A program made the position numbers and the translations under genes. Positions 1-9,092 of a stretch of 64,000 nt of DNA are shown here, in pieces. Each line of letters begins with the position of its first letter. The stretch's first letter is position 1. The notes beneath the pieces are model-generated. The model saw only the letters and a list, made by a program, of their open reading frames with translations, was not told the DNA's origin and made no database searches. The stretch covers positions 1 to 64,000 of the forward strand of contig CAZWDO010000002.1 in NCBI GenBank assembly GCA_964632485.1, in the 5' to 3' direction. The DNA comes from an uncultured bacterium (GTDB lineage Bacteria; JAGOEH01).

Positions 1-107
1 GGATGCCGGATCGGGGCCCGGCATGACGTCGGTTGCCCATGGATGCCGGATCGGGGCCCGGCATGACGTCGGTTGCCCATGGATGCCGGATCGGAGTCCG
101 GCATGTC
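1..107. repeat. Tandem array of REP-like palindromic 40-bp units (two full plus one partial; truncated by window edge)
   Basis: GGATGCCGGATCGGGGCCCGGCATGACGTCGGTTGCCCAT at 1-40 and 41-80, variant at 81-107; each unit holds the inverted repeat ATGCCGG...CCGGCAT. Confidence 0.85.
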
Positions 108-108
108 T

Positions 109-2286
109 TTATTTAAGGAGGAGCATGCGTTTGACGAATCGTCCCAGCGGCGTTTGCATACTGTAAAAATAGATTCCGCCGCTCAGTCCCTCGCCATTGA
201 CGGATATTTCATGCGAGCCGCCAGATAGGAAACCCTTATACAGGCATTGGATTTTTTCTCCCATGAGATTGTAAAGATAGATTTCCACGCGCATGCCTTC
301 CGGCAGGTAAATTGGAATCGCCGTTCGATCTTTGAACGGGTTCGGGGTATTGAAGCCCAAAATGGGATGGCAAGCGGACAATGCGGTTTGATTTTCCTGC
401 GCGCTGGTGTTGTAATCAAAAGGAATGGTAATAATCAGGTTTCGGTTGACATTGGCCGTGATAGCAATGGTATCGGGAGGCAATACACGCAAAATCTGTC
501 GGATATCATCCAGTCGGGTCGTATCGTTGGCTGTCGTATGTTCTATTTTGAAACTTCCTTGATAGATTCCGCTATTTTTTTCCGTTTCGACCAGCGCCAC
601 GGCGATTCCTTCCTGATTAGCATTGCTGGTGATAATGGCGACAGCGGCTTCCCGATATTGCGCCGAACGGTCCTGGCCAAAAAATGTGAGTTCAATCGTT
701 TCTCCTGGAACCAATAATTCCACTGGTTCCGTATGAATAGAATCCACCCGCATGGGTTCGCCCGGAGTTCCTGTGATAAAAACCGGCGCAACGGGCGTAA
801 TGTCGGCATGTCCGACTATCAGATTACGTACTGCAGCGCTGTCAGTTTCCCACCAAAAATTATTGGACATATCGATCTGTATCCCCATTCCGTTGTAAAC
901 TTCTTCATCTGTTTGAAAGGTATTGTAATAGAGATTGCAGTTACGGGTTGAAACCGAATCCGCATTCGAAACGATGAAAATATATCGCCTGCTGATGTTT
1001 TCGGTGGAACCATTATCGACGGTCATACAATTTTCAATCCGACCTTTCGATCGTTCCACGCAGGTGATAACTCCGCCGATGCGGGCAATGTTGTTGACAA
1101 TGGTATTGTATTGCAATACTGGATACGATTCGTATTCGATATACAAGGCTGCGCCATAATCGACCTGATTATTATAAATAGAATTATAGCTGATTTCTGG
1201 TTGGGAGTGGCCATAGACGTAAAGGGCACCGCCATAGCCGTGGGACTGGTTGAGCGCCAGTTGGTTGCCGGTGATACGGGGAGAGGATTCAAACATAAAC
1301 ACAGCCCCATCTCCGCGGCAGATATTTTCGTCGATGATATTTTCGCTGATTTCGCATAGGCTGTAGCTCATATAGATGGCGCTACCATAGCCGATCCCGG
1401 TATTGCGGCAAATACTGTTGCGGGCTATCAGTAAGGCTGTACCGCAACTGTCAAGGTAGAAGCCGCCGCCCTCGGCCGCATCGTTGTCGTCAATATAACT
1501 ATCGGCGATGGTCAGGGAATCGCTTTTGACGATCATGATACCGCCAGAGTTAGTCGCCTGGTTTTCCAACACTTCGCAAAAGGATATAGCGCCCGATGAC
1601 TGGTCGATAAGGATACCGGCGCCGTTAGTGGCGCGATTGGCGAAAAAGCGGGATCGGGTCATATTCATAACTGTTTCGCTGAAAAGCAGACCGCCGCCGG
1701 ACACGCCTTCGTTGGTTTCAGAGCTGACGCTATCTATTCGGGCCACGGAACTGACAATGCTGATACCCGCTCCGCTTTCACTTTTGTTATATTTGAATGA
1801 ACAGTTGGTGATTTCAATATCGGAATTGATGGCCAGCAGTCCACCGCCGGAAGTATCGGCCTCATTTTCATCAAAGCGGCATTGATTCAGCTCTAATTGC
1901 GCATAATAACTCAGCAGTCCACCGCCGTTACCGGAATTCCCGTCACGGATCGTGAGCGCTTCCAGGGTTGCCGTCGCCGGAGTGGATACAACAGTAACGA
2001 CTCGGGAATGAGTGACGCCGTCGCTCGATTCTCCGGAAAAAATGACGTTTTCCTCTCCATCGGCGCCGCGCAGGGTTACGGCCGCCATGATGACCAGACC
2101 GTTCGCTCCCAGATCGGCCAGATAATAGGTCCCCGAATGCGCCAGGACGGTATCTCCCGCCTGAGTGGCGGATATGGCGCTTTGCAAACCCGCAGCGCCC
2201 TGGGATGAATAGACATGGCGCGTTATCGCAGAAGCTTCTATTATGAAAAACAAATTAAGAAAAATGATAGCCGTTATGATTTTCAT
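109..2286 (-). CDS. Secreted right-handed parallel beta-helix repeat protein with T9SS-type (Por secretion) C-terminal domain
   Basis: Signal peptide; repeated N-x-A-x-x-GGG/GGA motifs; C-terminus NTPNPF...IYNLMGE...GIYFY...KRMLLLK. Confidence 0.75.
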   Translation of the reverse strand: MKIITAIIFLNLFFIIEASAITRHVYSSQGAAGLQSAISATQAGDTVLAHSGTYYLADLGANGLVIMAAVTLRGADGEENVIFSGESSDGVTHSRVVTVVSTPATATLEALTIRDGNSGNGGGLLSYYAQLELNQCRFDENEADTSGGGLLAINSDIEITNCSFKYNKSESGAGISIVSSVARIDSVSSETNEGVSGGGLLFSETVMNMTRSRFFANRATNGAGILIDQSSGAISFCEVLENQATNSGGIMIVKSDSLTIADSYIDDNDAAEGGGFYLDSCGTALLIARNSICRNTGIGYGSAIYMSYSLCEISENIIDENICRGDGAVFMFESSPRITGNQLALNQSHGYGGALYVYGHSQPEISYNSIYNNQVDYGAALYIEYESYPVLQYNTIVNNIARIGGVITCVERSKGRIENCMTVDNGSTENISRRYIFIVSNADSVSTRNCNLYYNTFQTDEEVYNGMGIQIDMSNNFWWETDSAAVRNLIVGHADITPVAPVFITGTPGEPMRVDSIHTEPVELLVPGETIELTFFGQDRSAQYREAAVAIITSNANQEGIAVALVETEKNSGIYQGSFKIEHTTANDTTRLDDIRQILRVLPPDTIAITANVNRNLIITIPFDYNTSAQENQTALSACHPILGFNTPNPFKDRTAIPIYLPEGMRVEIYLYNLMGEKIQCLYKGFLSGGSHEISVNGEGLSGGIYFYSMQTPLGRFVKRMLLLK

Positions 2287-2319
2287 ATCGTCCTCTTTTG
2301 GAATTATGGTTTGAATCTC

Positions 2320-5300
2320 TTATTTTATCAGCAGCATACGCCGGGTGATCTTTTGGTTTTCTGCGTGGATACGATAGAAGTAGAGACCTGATTTCCATCT
2401 GGCTGCATTAAGTTTAATTCTGTGTTCTCCGGCGGCTTGCCGTTCATTGATCGGACATGCCACTAAACGTCCCAGAATATCAAATATTTCCAGTTTGATT
2501 TTGCTTGCTGCGGACAGGTGATAGCGGATGATTGTCTGATCATTGAATGGATTGGGATAATTATCCCTGATCTGTAATAAACTGCCAGTAACTGATAGTT
2601 CATTTATTTTAGTAGTTGATTGGGTTCCATACACTTCAAATTCACAAAGACTATATGGCCATGGATCGATATTTTGCCGGCAGATCAGACGTAGATATTG
2701 GCAGGAGGTTTGAATTACAATACTATCCAGTTGTCCGTTGCTGTTGGTTTCGTCATAGACTTGCCACCAATCGGTTCCGTTAAGAGCGCCCCATAATTTA
2801 TATTCCCGGGCATAATAAAAATCCCAATAAAGTTTAATGCAATCAAGCGTTTTGATTTCCCCCAAATTCAGTGTAAGAGTTTCTATTTCCTGTCCGGCAG
2901 ATATCCATTGAGTCCAATAATTGCCGTCAACAGCATAGAATCCTTCATAACTATTTTGAGGTAGAGTGGAGAATTTATTGAGAAGTGTGTCGAATATGCC
3001 TTCCCAGTCAGAAGACGCAGTAGTTGCTTGATTGAGCGCCAGATTATATGGCGCAGGCTCCAATACATGGATTGATTTATCACGATCGTTATTTAACTGG
3101 GTGATTTCTGGCAGACGGTTTTCTGAGTTGATTAAGACGTGTATATTGTATTTTCCCGAAACCGGGAATGAGGTATTCGCCGTTTCGGTTGAAGGAATAT
3201 GCAGTTCGAGTAGTTTTTTGCAATTCACAGGGATAGCGCCCAAGGCTTCTCGCAGCCGCAGTGTCGGGTTCTGGCCTATGTTGAGTTCGATATCCAATGA
3301 ATCGTGGGCGGAAGTGGGTACAAGGCCACAGTTAATTACCGACAAAACCACACGGATCGATTCTCCCGCCATTGGATAGCGGGGGGTCCATTTAATATCG
3401 GAAATGGTTAAATCGGCCTGCATTGGCAAGGATTCGATCGACAGCGTTCCTCTCAGGGGCAAAGAATCGGATGAAGGCCCGATAGCCACTTCATAAAGTC
3501 CGGGGAGGATTTCAAAAGATCTTGTTGTTTCGTTATAATCCCAGAATGCATCCCTCGAAAGTTCGAATTGCGCACTATGAGTAGCGTGAGCTGGAATTTC
3601 TGTTTTTACGAACCCTTTGAGTTGCCAGCCGGGTGGTCCCTTTTTTTGTAACGGTAGAACGGATTTCAAAGATGGGTCGTTATGTGACATGCTGTTAAAG
3701 TGATTGTTCATGGAAGTATTTCCTTCGATCCGGCGCAAATATAGTTGAGATATTTCCGAACCGTTCCGGACCCCACTATTGATAATTTGTGCTTGAATCG
3801 TAAAGAGATTTGGCGATGTGATGGCATTCTGTGTAATTTTTATCAATTGATATTGAAAAGTAGTGTAGCTCAAACCGTATCCGAATGGGAATCGGGGTGA
3901 TAATTGCTGATTTTGCATATAGCGATACCCATATTGATCGGTGTAGATGTTTGAGCGGGGCGGGAGTTGATCGTCGGCGCGAGGTAACGTAACCGGGAGT
4001 TTGCCGCAGGGATTGCAATAGCCGAAAATGATATCGCGGAGAGCATTTCCGCCTTCCTGACCGGGATAAAACGCGTATATCAGGGACGGAACGCAATCGA
4101 TCCAGTTTTCGACGGCGCAGATGCCCCCACTTTCTAAAACGATAATGATATTGGGATTGATTTCCGCCAGGCGTTTAATCAGGAGTTGCTGCAATCCGGG
4201 CAGGCCAAGACTATCGCCGACGCGATCGAGTTCTTCGCCTTCGCGCGTAAAATCGAGTCCGCCGGCGTATATAACAACATCGGCTTTACGCGCGTATTCC
4301 AACGCAGCGTTAAATTCGCTGCTATCTTCATCGGCAATCGCGCAACCCCTTGAATAAAGCGTTTTTTCTGTCCCCAGGGTTTCCCGAAATGCGTCCAAAA
4401 GAGTGATTGCCATCATGGGAACAACAAAACTGCTGCCATAACCGTCCAATTGAATTTGATCGGCTGAGGGTCCGATCACGGCTATTTTTTGAATTTGATC
4501 GCGATCCAAAGGTAGTAACTGGTTTTCATTTTTAAGTAAAATAATACTTTTTTGCGCAATTTCCAGGGCCAGTTGACGATGTTCTTCCGAATTGACATAA
4601 TAAGGATCGGCGGGTGGACGTAATCCGATCATACCTGAAAGATATTTGACGCGCAGGACATGGCGGACTGCTTGATCAATAGTTGAAGGCAGAACGCGCC
4701 CACTCTCGACCAGACTCAATAAAAGGTCGGCGTAATGAGTGGATCCCATGCATACATCACACCCGGCAGTAATGGCGGCATGAGCATCCCAAATCGCACC
4801 CCAATCGGAGACAACGGAATAGGGATATCCCAGTTTTTGTCGGAGTATTTCATCAAGAAGATAGTGACTTTGCGAACTTTTTATTCCATAAAAGAAATTG
4901 TAGGCGCTCATAATGCTCATTACGTCGGCATCACGTATCAGGAGTATATAGGGCCAGGCATGATGCAGCATCAGATCCCTTTCACTGATAATAATATCTG
5001 CATAGTGGCGGTCAATTTGCCGGTTCTCACCAATTAATGGTTTAGCGGTGACTATCAGTGGCTGGGTCTGCATCCCCTGAGTTAAGGCCAGATTGATTTG
5101 TCCCGCGAGCCAGGGATCCTCACCAGAACTTTCGGAATTGCGGCCGTTGCGTGGGTCAATGGTCAGATAAAGTGAAGGCGCCAGCGCCTGATTTTTCCCT
5201 TTGCTGCAAAACTCGCGGCCCAGAGCAATTCCGGCACGATAGATAAGCTCCGTGTCCCAGCTCGCTGCCATGGCNNNNNNNNNNCACATGTTAAAACCGG

Positions 5301-5514
5301 GAATATTCAATCGTTGATTTTCTGCCGTTGTCAATAAACCTTCCCCATGGAGCTGAGTAATTTTTTCTTCCAAACTCATGATACTGAGCAACGAATCGAT
5401 TTTTTCATCAAGGGTTTTACTAAAAATAATGGTTGACTGGTACAGAAATATTATCAGAATTGACAAGCTTAAATGGATTTGATTTATTTTCAGAAGGCAG
5501 TTCCTGATTGGCAT
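2320..5514 (-). CDS. GH3 beta-glucosidase-family glycosidase with Fn3-like, CARDB-like, F5/8-type C (discoidin) and T9SS-type C-terminal domains; contains an N gap
   Basis: MSLEEKITQL, DPRNGRNSESSGEDP, VSDW nucleophile motif, SIILLKNE, FPFGYGLSYTTF, AVDGNYWTQW, NYPNPFN...GLYFY tail. Confidence 0.9.
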   Translation of the reverse strand: MPIRNCLLKINQIHLSLSILIIFLYQSTIIFSKTLDEKIDSLLSIMSLEEKITQLHGEGLLTTAENQRLNIPGFNMXXXXAMAASWDTELIYRAGIALGREFCSKGKNQALAPSLYLTIDPRNGRNSESSGEDPWLAGQINLALTQGMQTQPLIVTAKPLIGENRQIDRHYADIIISERDLMLHHAWPYILLIRDADVMSIMSAYNFFYGIKSSQSHYLLDEILRQKLGYPYSVVSDWGAIWDAHAAITAGCDVCMGSTHYADLLLSLVESGRVLPSTIDQAVRHVLRVKYLSGMIGLRPPADPYYVNSEEHRQLALEIAQKSIILLKNENQLLPLDRDQIQKIAVIGPSADQIQLDGYGSSFVVPMMAITLLDAFRETLGTEKTLYSRGCAIADEDSSEFNAALEYARKADVVIYAGGLDFTREGEELDRVGDSLGLPGLQQLLIKRLAEINPNIIIVLESGGICAVENWIDCVPSLIYAFYPGQEGGNALRDIIFGYCNPCGKLPVTLPRADDQLPPRSNIYTDQYGYRYMQNQQLSPRFPFGYGLSYTTFQYQLIKITQNAITSPNLFTIQAQIINSGVRNGSEISQLYLRRIEGNTSMNNHFNSMSHNDPSLKSVLPLQKKGPPGWQLKGFVKTEIPAHATHSAQFELSRDAFWDYNETTRSFEILPGLYEVAIGPSSDSLPLRGTLSIESLPMQADLTISDIKWTPRYPMAGESIRVVLSVINCGLVPTSAHDSLDIELNIGQNPTLRLREALGAIPVNCKKLLELHIPSTETANTSFPVSGKYNIHVLINSENRLPEITQLNNDRDKSIHVLEPAPYNLALNQATTASSDWEGIFDTLLNKFSTLPQNSYEGFYAVDGNYWTQWISAGQEIETLTLNLGEIKTLDCIKLYWDFYYAREYKLWGALNGTDWWQVYDETNSNGQLDSIVIQTSCQYLRLICRQNIDPWPYSLCEFEVYGTQSTTKINELSVTGSLLQIRDNYPNPFNDQTIIRYHLSAASKIKLEIFDILGRLVACPINERQAAGEHRIKLNAARWKSGLYFYRIHAENQKITRRMLLIK

Positions 5515-5635
5515 TTTAAACGGGAGGGGTGTGGAATGGAATCTCTTTAGTCATAAACGGTGGAATCTGGCAGTATGACCTCGGGGCGACAATCGATCGG
5601 GTAAGGTTGAATTACATATTGGGCGCTCCAGCCAT

Positions 5636-6256
5636 TCATGATACAAAGTTTTTCAAATTAAATGGGTTAGCAGACACTAAATAAGCCATAATTTCCCTGG
5701 TGGCTTCTTCGATGGTTTGAGAGTCAGCGCATACGCGAAGCTCAGGATTTGCGGGGATTTCATACGGCGAATCAATGCCGGTGTAATTTTCGATTTTTCC
5801 TTTCATTGCTTTATGATAAAGTCCTTTGGGATCCCGCTGAATACAGACGTGTAGGGCGCAATCCACAAATATTTCTATGAATGGAAATGGGTTGATAATT
5901 TGGCGGGCTTGAGCGCGGTCGGCTTGAAAGGGTGAAATAAATGCCGTCAACACGAGTAATCCGGCATCGGCGAACAAGCGGCAGACTTCACTGATGCGGC
6001 GGATGTTTTCCCGGCGGTCTTCGGCTGTGAAACTCAAATCAGCATTAAGTCCCTGGCGAATATTATCCCCATCGAGCAGGTAAGTATGGGAGTGGTAATC
6101 ATGATGTAAGCGATATTCTACTTCGTTGGCCAGAGTTGATTTCCCGGAACCGGACAGGCCGGTGAACCAGATTACGCCGGAAAGGTGTCTTTTGATGGCG
6201 CTGCGGTCAGTTGAGCTGATTTTGTGGGTGAAGGGATGAATTTCATGATGATTCAT
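5636..6256 (-). CDS. cysC: Adenylyl-sulfate (APS) kinase
   Basis: WFTGLSGSGKST P-loop, LDGDNIR, DRRENIRR, RDPKGLY, TGIDSPYE; start moved to the ATG at 6256. Confidence 0.95.
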   Translation of the reverse strand: MNHHEIHPFTHKISSTDRSAIKRHLSGVIWFTGLSGSGKSTLANEVEYRLHHDYHSHTYLLDGDNIRQGLNADLSFTAEDRRENIRRISEVCRLFADAGLLVLTAFISPFQADRAQARQIINPFPFIEIFVDCALHVCIQRDPKGLYHKAMKGKIENYTGIDSPYEIPANPELRVCADSQTIEEATREIMAYLVSANPFNLKNFVS

Positions 6257-6260
6257 AATC

Positions 6261-6404
6261 AATTCCTGTGGACAGGTTGAATGTTGGTGGCTTTTTTTGC
6301 AGGCACCCGCCAAACAAACTTACAAATTCGTACCAGGCATCCGTCAGTTTTTTGCTTGTCGATCCATAAAATCAGGACCGAACGTGGCCAACACGTCAGG
6401 ATTT
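6261..6404 (-). ncRNA. Structured RNA with 6S RNA-like architecture (closing stem, central bubble, apical stem); alternatively a cysC leader
   Basis: Minus-strand pairing UGUUGG/CCAACA, CAAGC/GUUUG, AAACU/AGUUU, ACGGAU/AUUUGU; own promoter upstream (TTGACT at 6459-6464). Confidence 0.4.
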
Positions 6405-6435
6405 GAAAAACGGTTGAAACAGATCGCTTATGAAT

Positions 6436-6536
6436 AATTTATATTTAAAAACTTAAAAAGTCAAGTTTTTTTTTGATAATGAACCCTCGATCGTAGCACT
6501 ATTGACTTGACATAGAAAAAAATATAACTATATTCT
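6436..6536. promoter_or_regulatory. Back-to-back sigma70-type promoters (minus towards the ncRNA/cysC; plus towards mutM)
   Basis: Minus: TTGACT-17-TAAATT (6464 to 6436). Plus: TTGACA at 6507-6512 with TATATT/TATTCT at 6529-6536. Confidence 0.55.
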
Positions 6537-6538
6537 AA

Positions 6539-6594
6539 TAAACAAGGAGACTATTTGCTACGCTTTTAAACAAGGAGACTATTTGCTACGCTTT
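6539..6594 (+). repeat. Perfect 28-bp tandem duplication
   Basis: TAAACAAGGAGACTATTTGCTACGCTTT at 6539-6566 and 6567-6594. Confidence 0.9.
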
Positions 6595-6723
6595 TTTAAA
6601 TATGGAGTCACTTTTTTTGCCCTGTTTGAGGATTGGGAGGGCTGGAATTCGTGGAATATATTTCTTTTCAGGATGATTTGACGTTATTGATAGCTAAAGT
6701 AACAGAACAAAAGGAAATGTGAA

Positions 6724-7551
6724 ATGCCTGAACTTCCAGAAGTCGAAGTTATCATGCGCGATACGCGGAAATTTATCCTGGGGGCTATGATTGAGCGGGT
6801 TGAAATTGATTGGCTGAAGCTGATTGGCAATTGTCCGGATCAAATATTCATTCGAACTCTCACCGGCGCGACGATTCGTGATGTTTATCGTCGGGGCAAG
6901 TATATTTTGATTGAATTGTCCAACACTCAAATATGGGGAATCCATTTACGGATGACCGGCAAGCTGATTTGCGGACGATATTGCCTGCCGGAACGTTTTA
7001 AACCGTGGATACGGGCGCGTTTTGGGTTGAGTGGAATGAAGGAGCTTTTTTATGTCGATCCGCGTAAATTCGGTCGTTTTTTTCTGACTGATAATGTCGA
7101 ATTGTTGCTTGGGGATTTAGGTCCTGAACCTCTTTCACCCCAATTTAACGCTGAGTATCTCTATGTTGGGACCCGTAACCGTAAAAAGTGCATTAAGGTT
7201 CTATTGCTGGACCAAAAATTTGTAGCGGGGTTGGGCAATATATATGTTAATGAAGCTTTATGGCTGGCGCGCATCAATCCTGCATCCATCGCGAGAAGTT
7301 TAACGCGCAACCAATACGATCAATTAGCTACGGCAATTATAACAATTCTGAAAGCGGCGATTCTTAACAATGGAACCAGTCTCGATGATCAGCAATACGT
7401 CTGTGGTAATGGTCAGCCCGGATATCATCAGGTGCATCTCAATGTTTATGGTCTCGAAGGATCGCCGTGCAGTTCTTGCGGAACTCCTATTCAGCGCTGT
7501 GTGGTTGCTCAGAGAAGCGCTTTTTTTTGCCCGGTCTGTCAAAAAAATTGA
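6724..7551 (+). CDS. mutM: Formamidopyrimidine-DNA glycosylase
   Basis: MPELPEVE N-terminus, RRGKY, HLRMTG, LLDQ..AGLGNIY, C-terminal CxxC...CPVCQ zinc finger. Confidence 0.97.
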   Translation: MPELPEVEVIMRDTRKFILGAMIERVEIDWLKLIGNCPDQIFIRTLTGATIRDVYRRGKYILIELSNTQIWGIHLRMTGKLICGRYCLPERFKPWIRARFGLSGMKELFYVDPRKFGRFFLTDNVELLLGDLGPEPLSPQFNAEYLYVGTRNRKKCIKVLLLDQKFVAGLGNIYVNEALWLARINPASIARSLTRNQYDQLATAIITILKAAILNNGTSLDDQQYVCGNGQPGYHQVHLNVYGLEGSPCSSCGTPIQRCVVAQRSAFFCPVCQKN

Positions 7552-7681
7552 AATCTGTTATGCTCTGGCGGTTTGCGCTGTGAACGGATTCAATCCGGAT
7601 AATTGACAATATCGTCATTCCGAAAAAAATTAGATATAAGGATGAACATTCGGTGAGGGGATAATTTTATAAAGAGGAATG

Positions 7682-8722
7682 CTAACTGGGAATATAATTA
7701 CCATAGAGACGTTTTTTACAATCGGGACATATTCCATGACTGAATTCCGCTTCGGAATGCTGTTCGATATATTCTTCCAACTGACTCCAATACCCTTTGT
7801 CATCGCGGATTTTTTTACAGGATGAGCAAATGGGTAACAGCCCATGGAGAGTTTTCATGTGAGTTAAAGCTTCTTCCAATTTGTTTTTTTCTAAAACAAG
7901 TTGTGTTTGAATTGATTTTCTTTCTTCCAGCTCTTTTTCTAATTTGTGGTTTATTTCCTGTATTTCTTTGGTTCGAAGGAGTATCAGTTCCTCAAGTTGG
8001 GTTTTATGCCGGAACAGCTCTTCATTGATGGATTTAAGTTCGTTCGATGATTTTTGAAAGTAGAATCGAATAAATAATGCGACGGGGATGGAGCTTAAGA
8101 TAAAATATAGGGCAATTAAAATCGATTCGATAAAAATTTTACGGTGAAGATCAGCTAAGTAGGTTGTCTCAATATCGGCGCACGCCAGATATTTTTTACC
8201 ATTTGGACTGGTTTCAGGGATCGCAACGGAACGGAATTCTCCCCATTGATCCCCATAAGTAACAAAGAGTGTTTGGCTGGTTTGAAAAGCTCGAATGAAC
8301 TCTTCTGGAATATCCGTATAGGGATAAAAATACCAGGATTCTTTTTCTTTTGCTTCTTCAGCAGTGACGGTAGGCGCTGTAAAAAAGTATTTTCCATCTT
8401 TTTCTGCCAATGTGTAGAGCCATTTAAACTCTGTTTCATCGCAAAATTTTGAAAAAATTTGGCGGTATTTCAATTCTTCCTCAAGGGAGATGCTGTTTTC
8501 ATCGATGGCCCGGTCGTGAAAATCGGTCGGTAACATGTGTTTTAGGCTATGGGCCACAATTAGCAACCGATTGTCAATTTCTTCCAGTTTGTCTTGCAAC
8601 CGGGTTTTATTTGAATACCAGGAAAAAAATGAAACTGCAATTGTATAGATAAGGGCCGTTAGAATACCGAGGATTATAAAGGCAAGATTTTTTTTTCGGA
8701 GCATACCGGTTTTAGGGTTCAA
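7682..8722 (-). CDS. Membrane sensor-like protein: TM, extracytoplasmic domain, TM, coiled coil, C-terminal 4-Cys module
   Basis: Two hydrophobic segments; C-terminus GLLPICSSCKKIRDDKGYW...FSHGICPDC; no kinase or cyclase domain seen. Confidence 0.7.
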   Translation of the reverse strand: MNPKTGMLRKKNLAFIILGILTALIYTIAVSFFSWYSNKTRLQDKLEEIDNRLLIVAHSLKHMLPTDFHDRAIDENSISLEEELKYRQIFSKFCDETEFKWLYTLAEKDGKYFFTAPTVTAEEAKEKESWYFYPYTDIPEEFIRAFQTSQTLFVTYGDQWGEFRSVAIPETSPNGKKYLACADIETTYLADLHRKIFIESILIALYFILSSIPVALFIRFYFQKSSNELKSINEELFRHKTQLEELILLRTKEIQEINHKLEKELEERKSIQTQLVLEKNKLEEALTHMKTLHGLLPICSSCKKIRDDKGYWSQLEEYIEQHSEAEFSHGICPDCKKRLYGNYIPS

Positions 8723-9082
8723 ATTGCTTTTTAATCTGTTGTAAGTTCGGAATTTCTCCAGGTGGAATTATTTCCAGTTCCTGATTTGCTTTTTCTTTTT
8801 GACCGGAAAGATAATAGATAACAATTAAATTCAGCCGGAAACCATAGTTATCATTTTCCAGGGCAATAGCCCGTTGGATTTGTGTTTGCGCTGAAGTATA
8901 GTCTTTCCGCCGGGTGGCAATAACGGCCAGGGCATTCCAGGCATCGGCAAATCGATCGTTTTTTGCCAGGCATTTGTTGAAATAGACCTGCGCTGAATCC
9001 AGTTGATTATAACTAAGAAGACAAGCCCCAATATCATACAATCCTTCTGTATCTGAAGGTTCTTTATCAGTGCGGCAAACAT
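8712..9082 (-). CDS. TPR-repeat segment, probably the C-terminus of the PorV-like/transglutaminase protein across the N gap
   Basis: ADAWNALAVIA...AQTQIQRAIALE...RLNLIVIY TPR pattern; begins at the gap 9083-9092. Confidence 0.65.
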
Positions 9083-9092
9083 NNNNNNNNNN

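Noticed and set aside
1..107. CRISPR array
   Set aside because: Sequence between the palindromes is identical and too short for spacers; no cas genes in the window
6257..6313. N-terminal extension of CysC in the ORF track
   Set aside because: No similarity to APS kinases and it overlaps the structured RNA; the ATG at 6256 fits better
6261..6404. SAM-I riboswitch or glmS ribozyme before cysC
   Set aside because: Core motifs (AUC...GAU with GCAACC; AGCGCC...GACGAGG) were not found
9083..9092. Programmed frameshifts or pseudogenes at gene breaks (also 5275, 19640, 22497, 51025)
   Set aside because: Every break coincides with a 10-N scaffold gap of unknown true length
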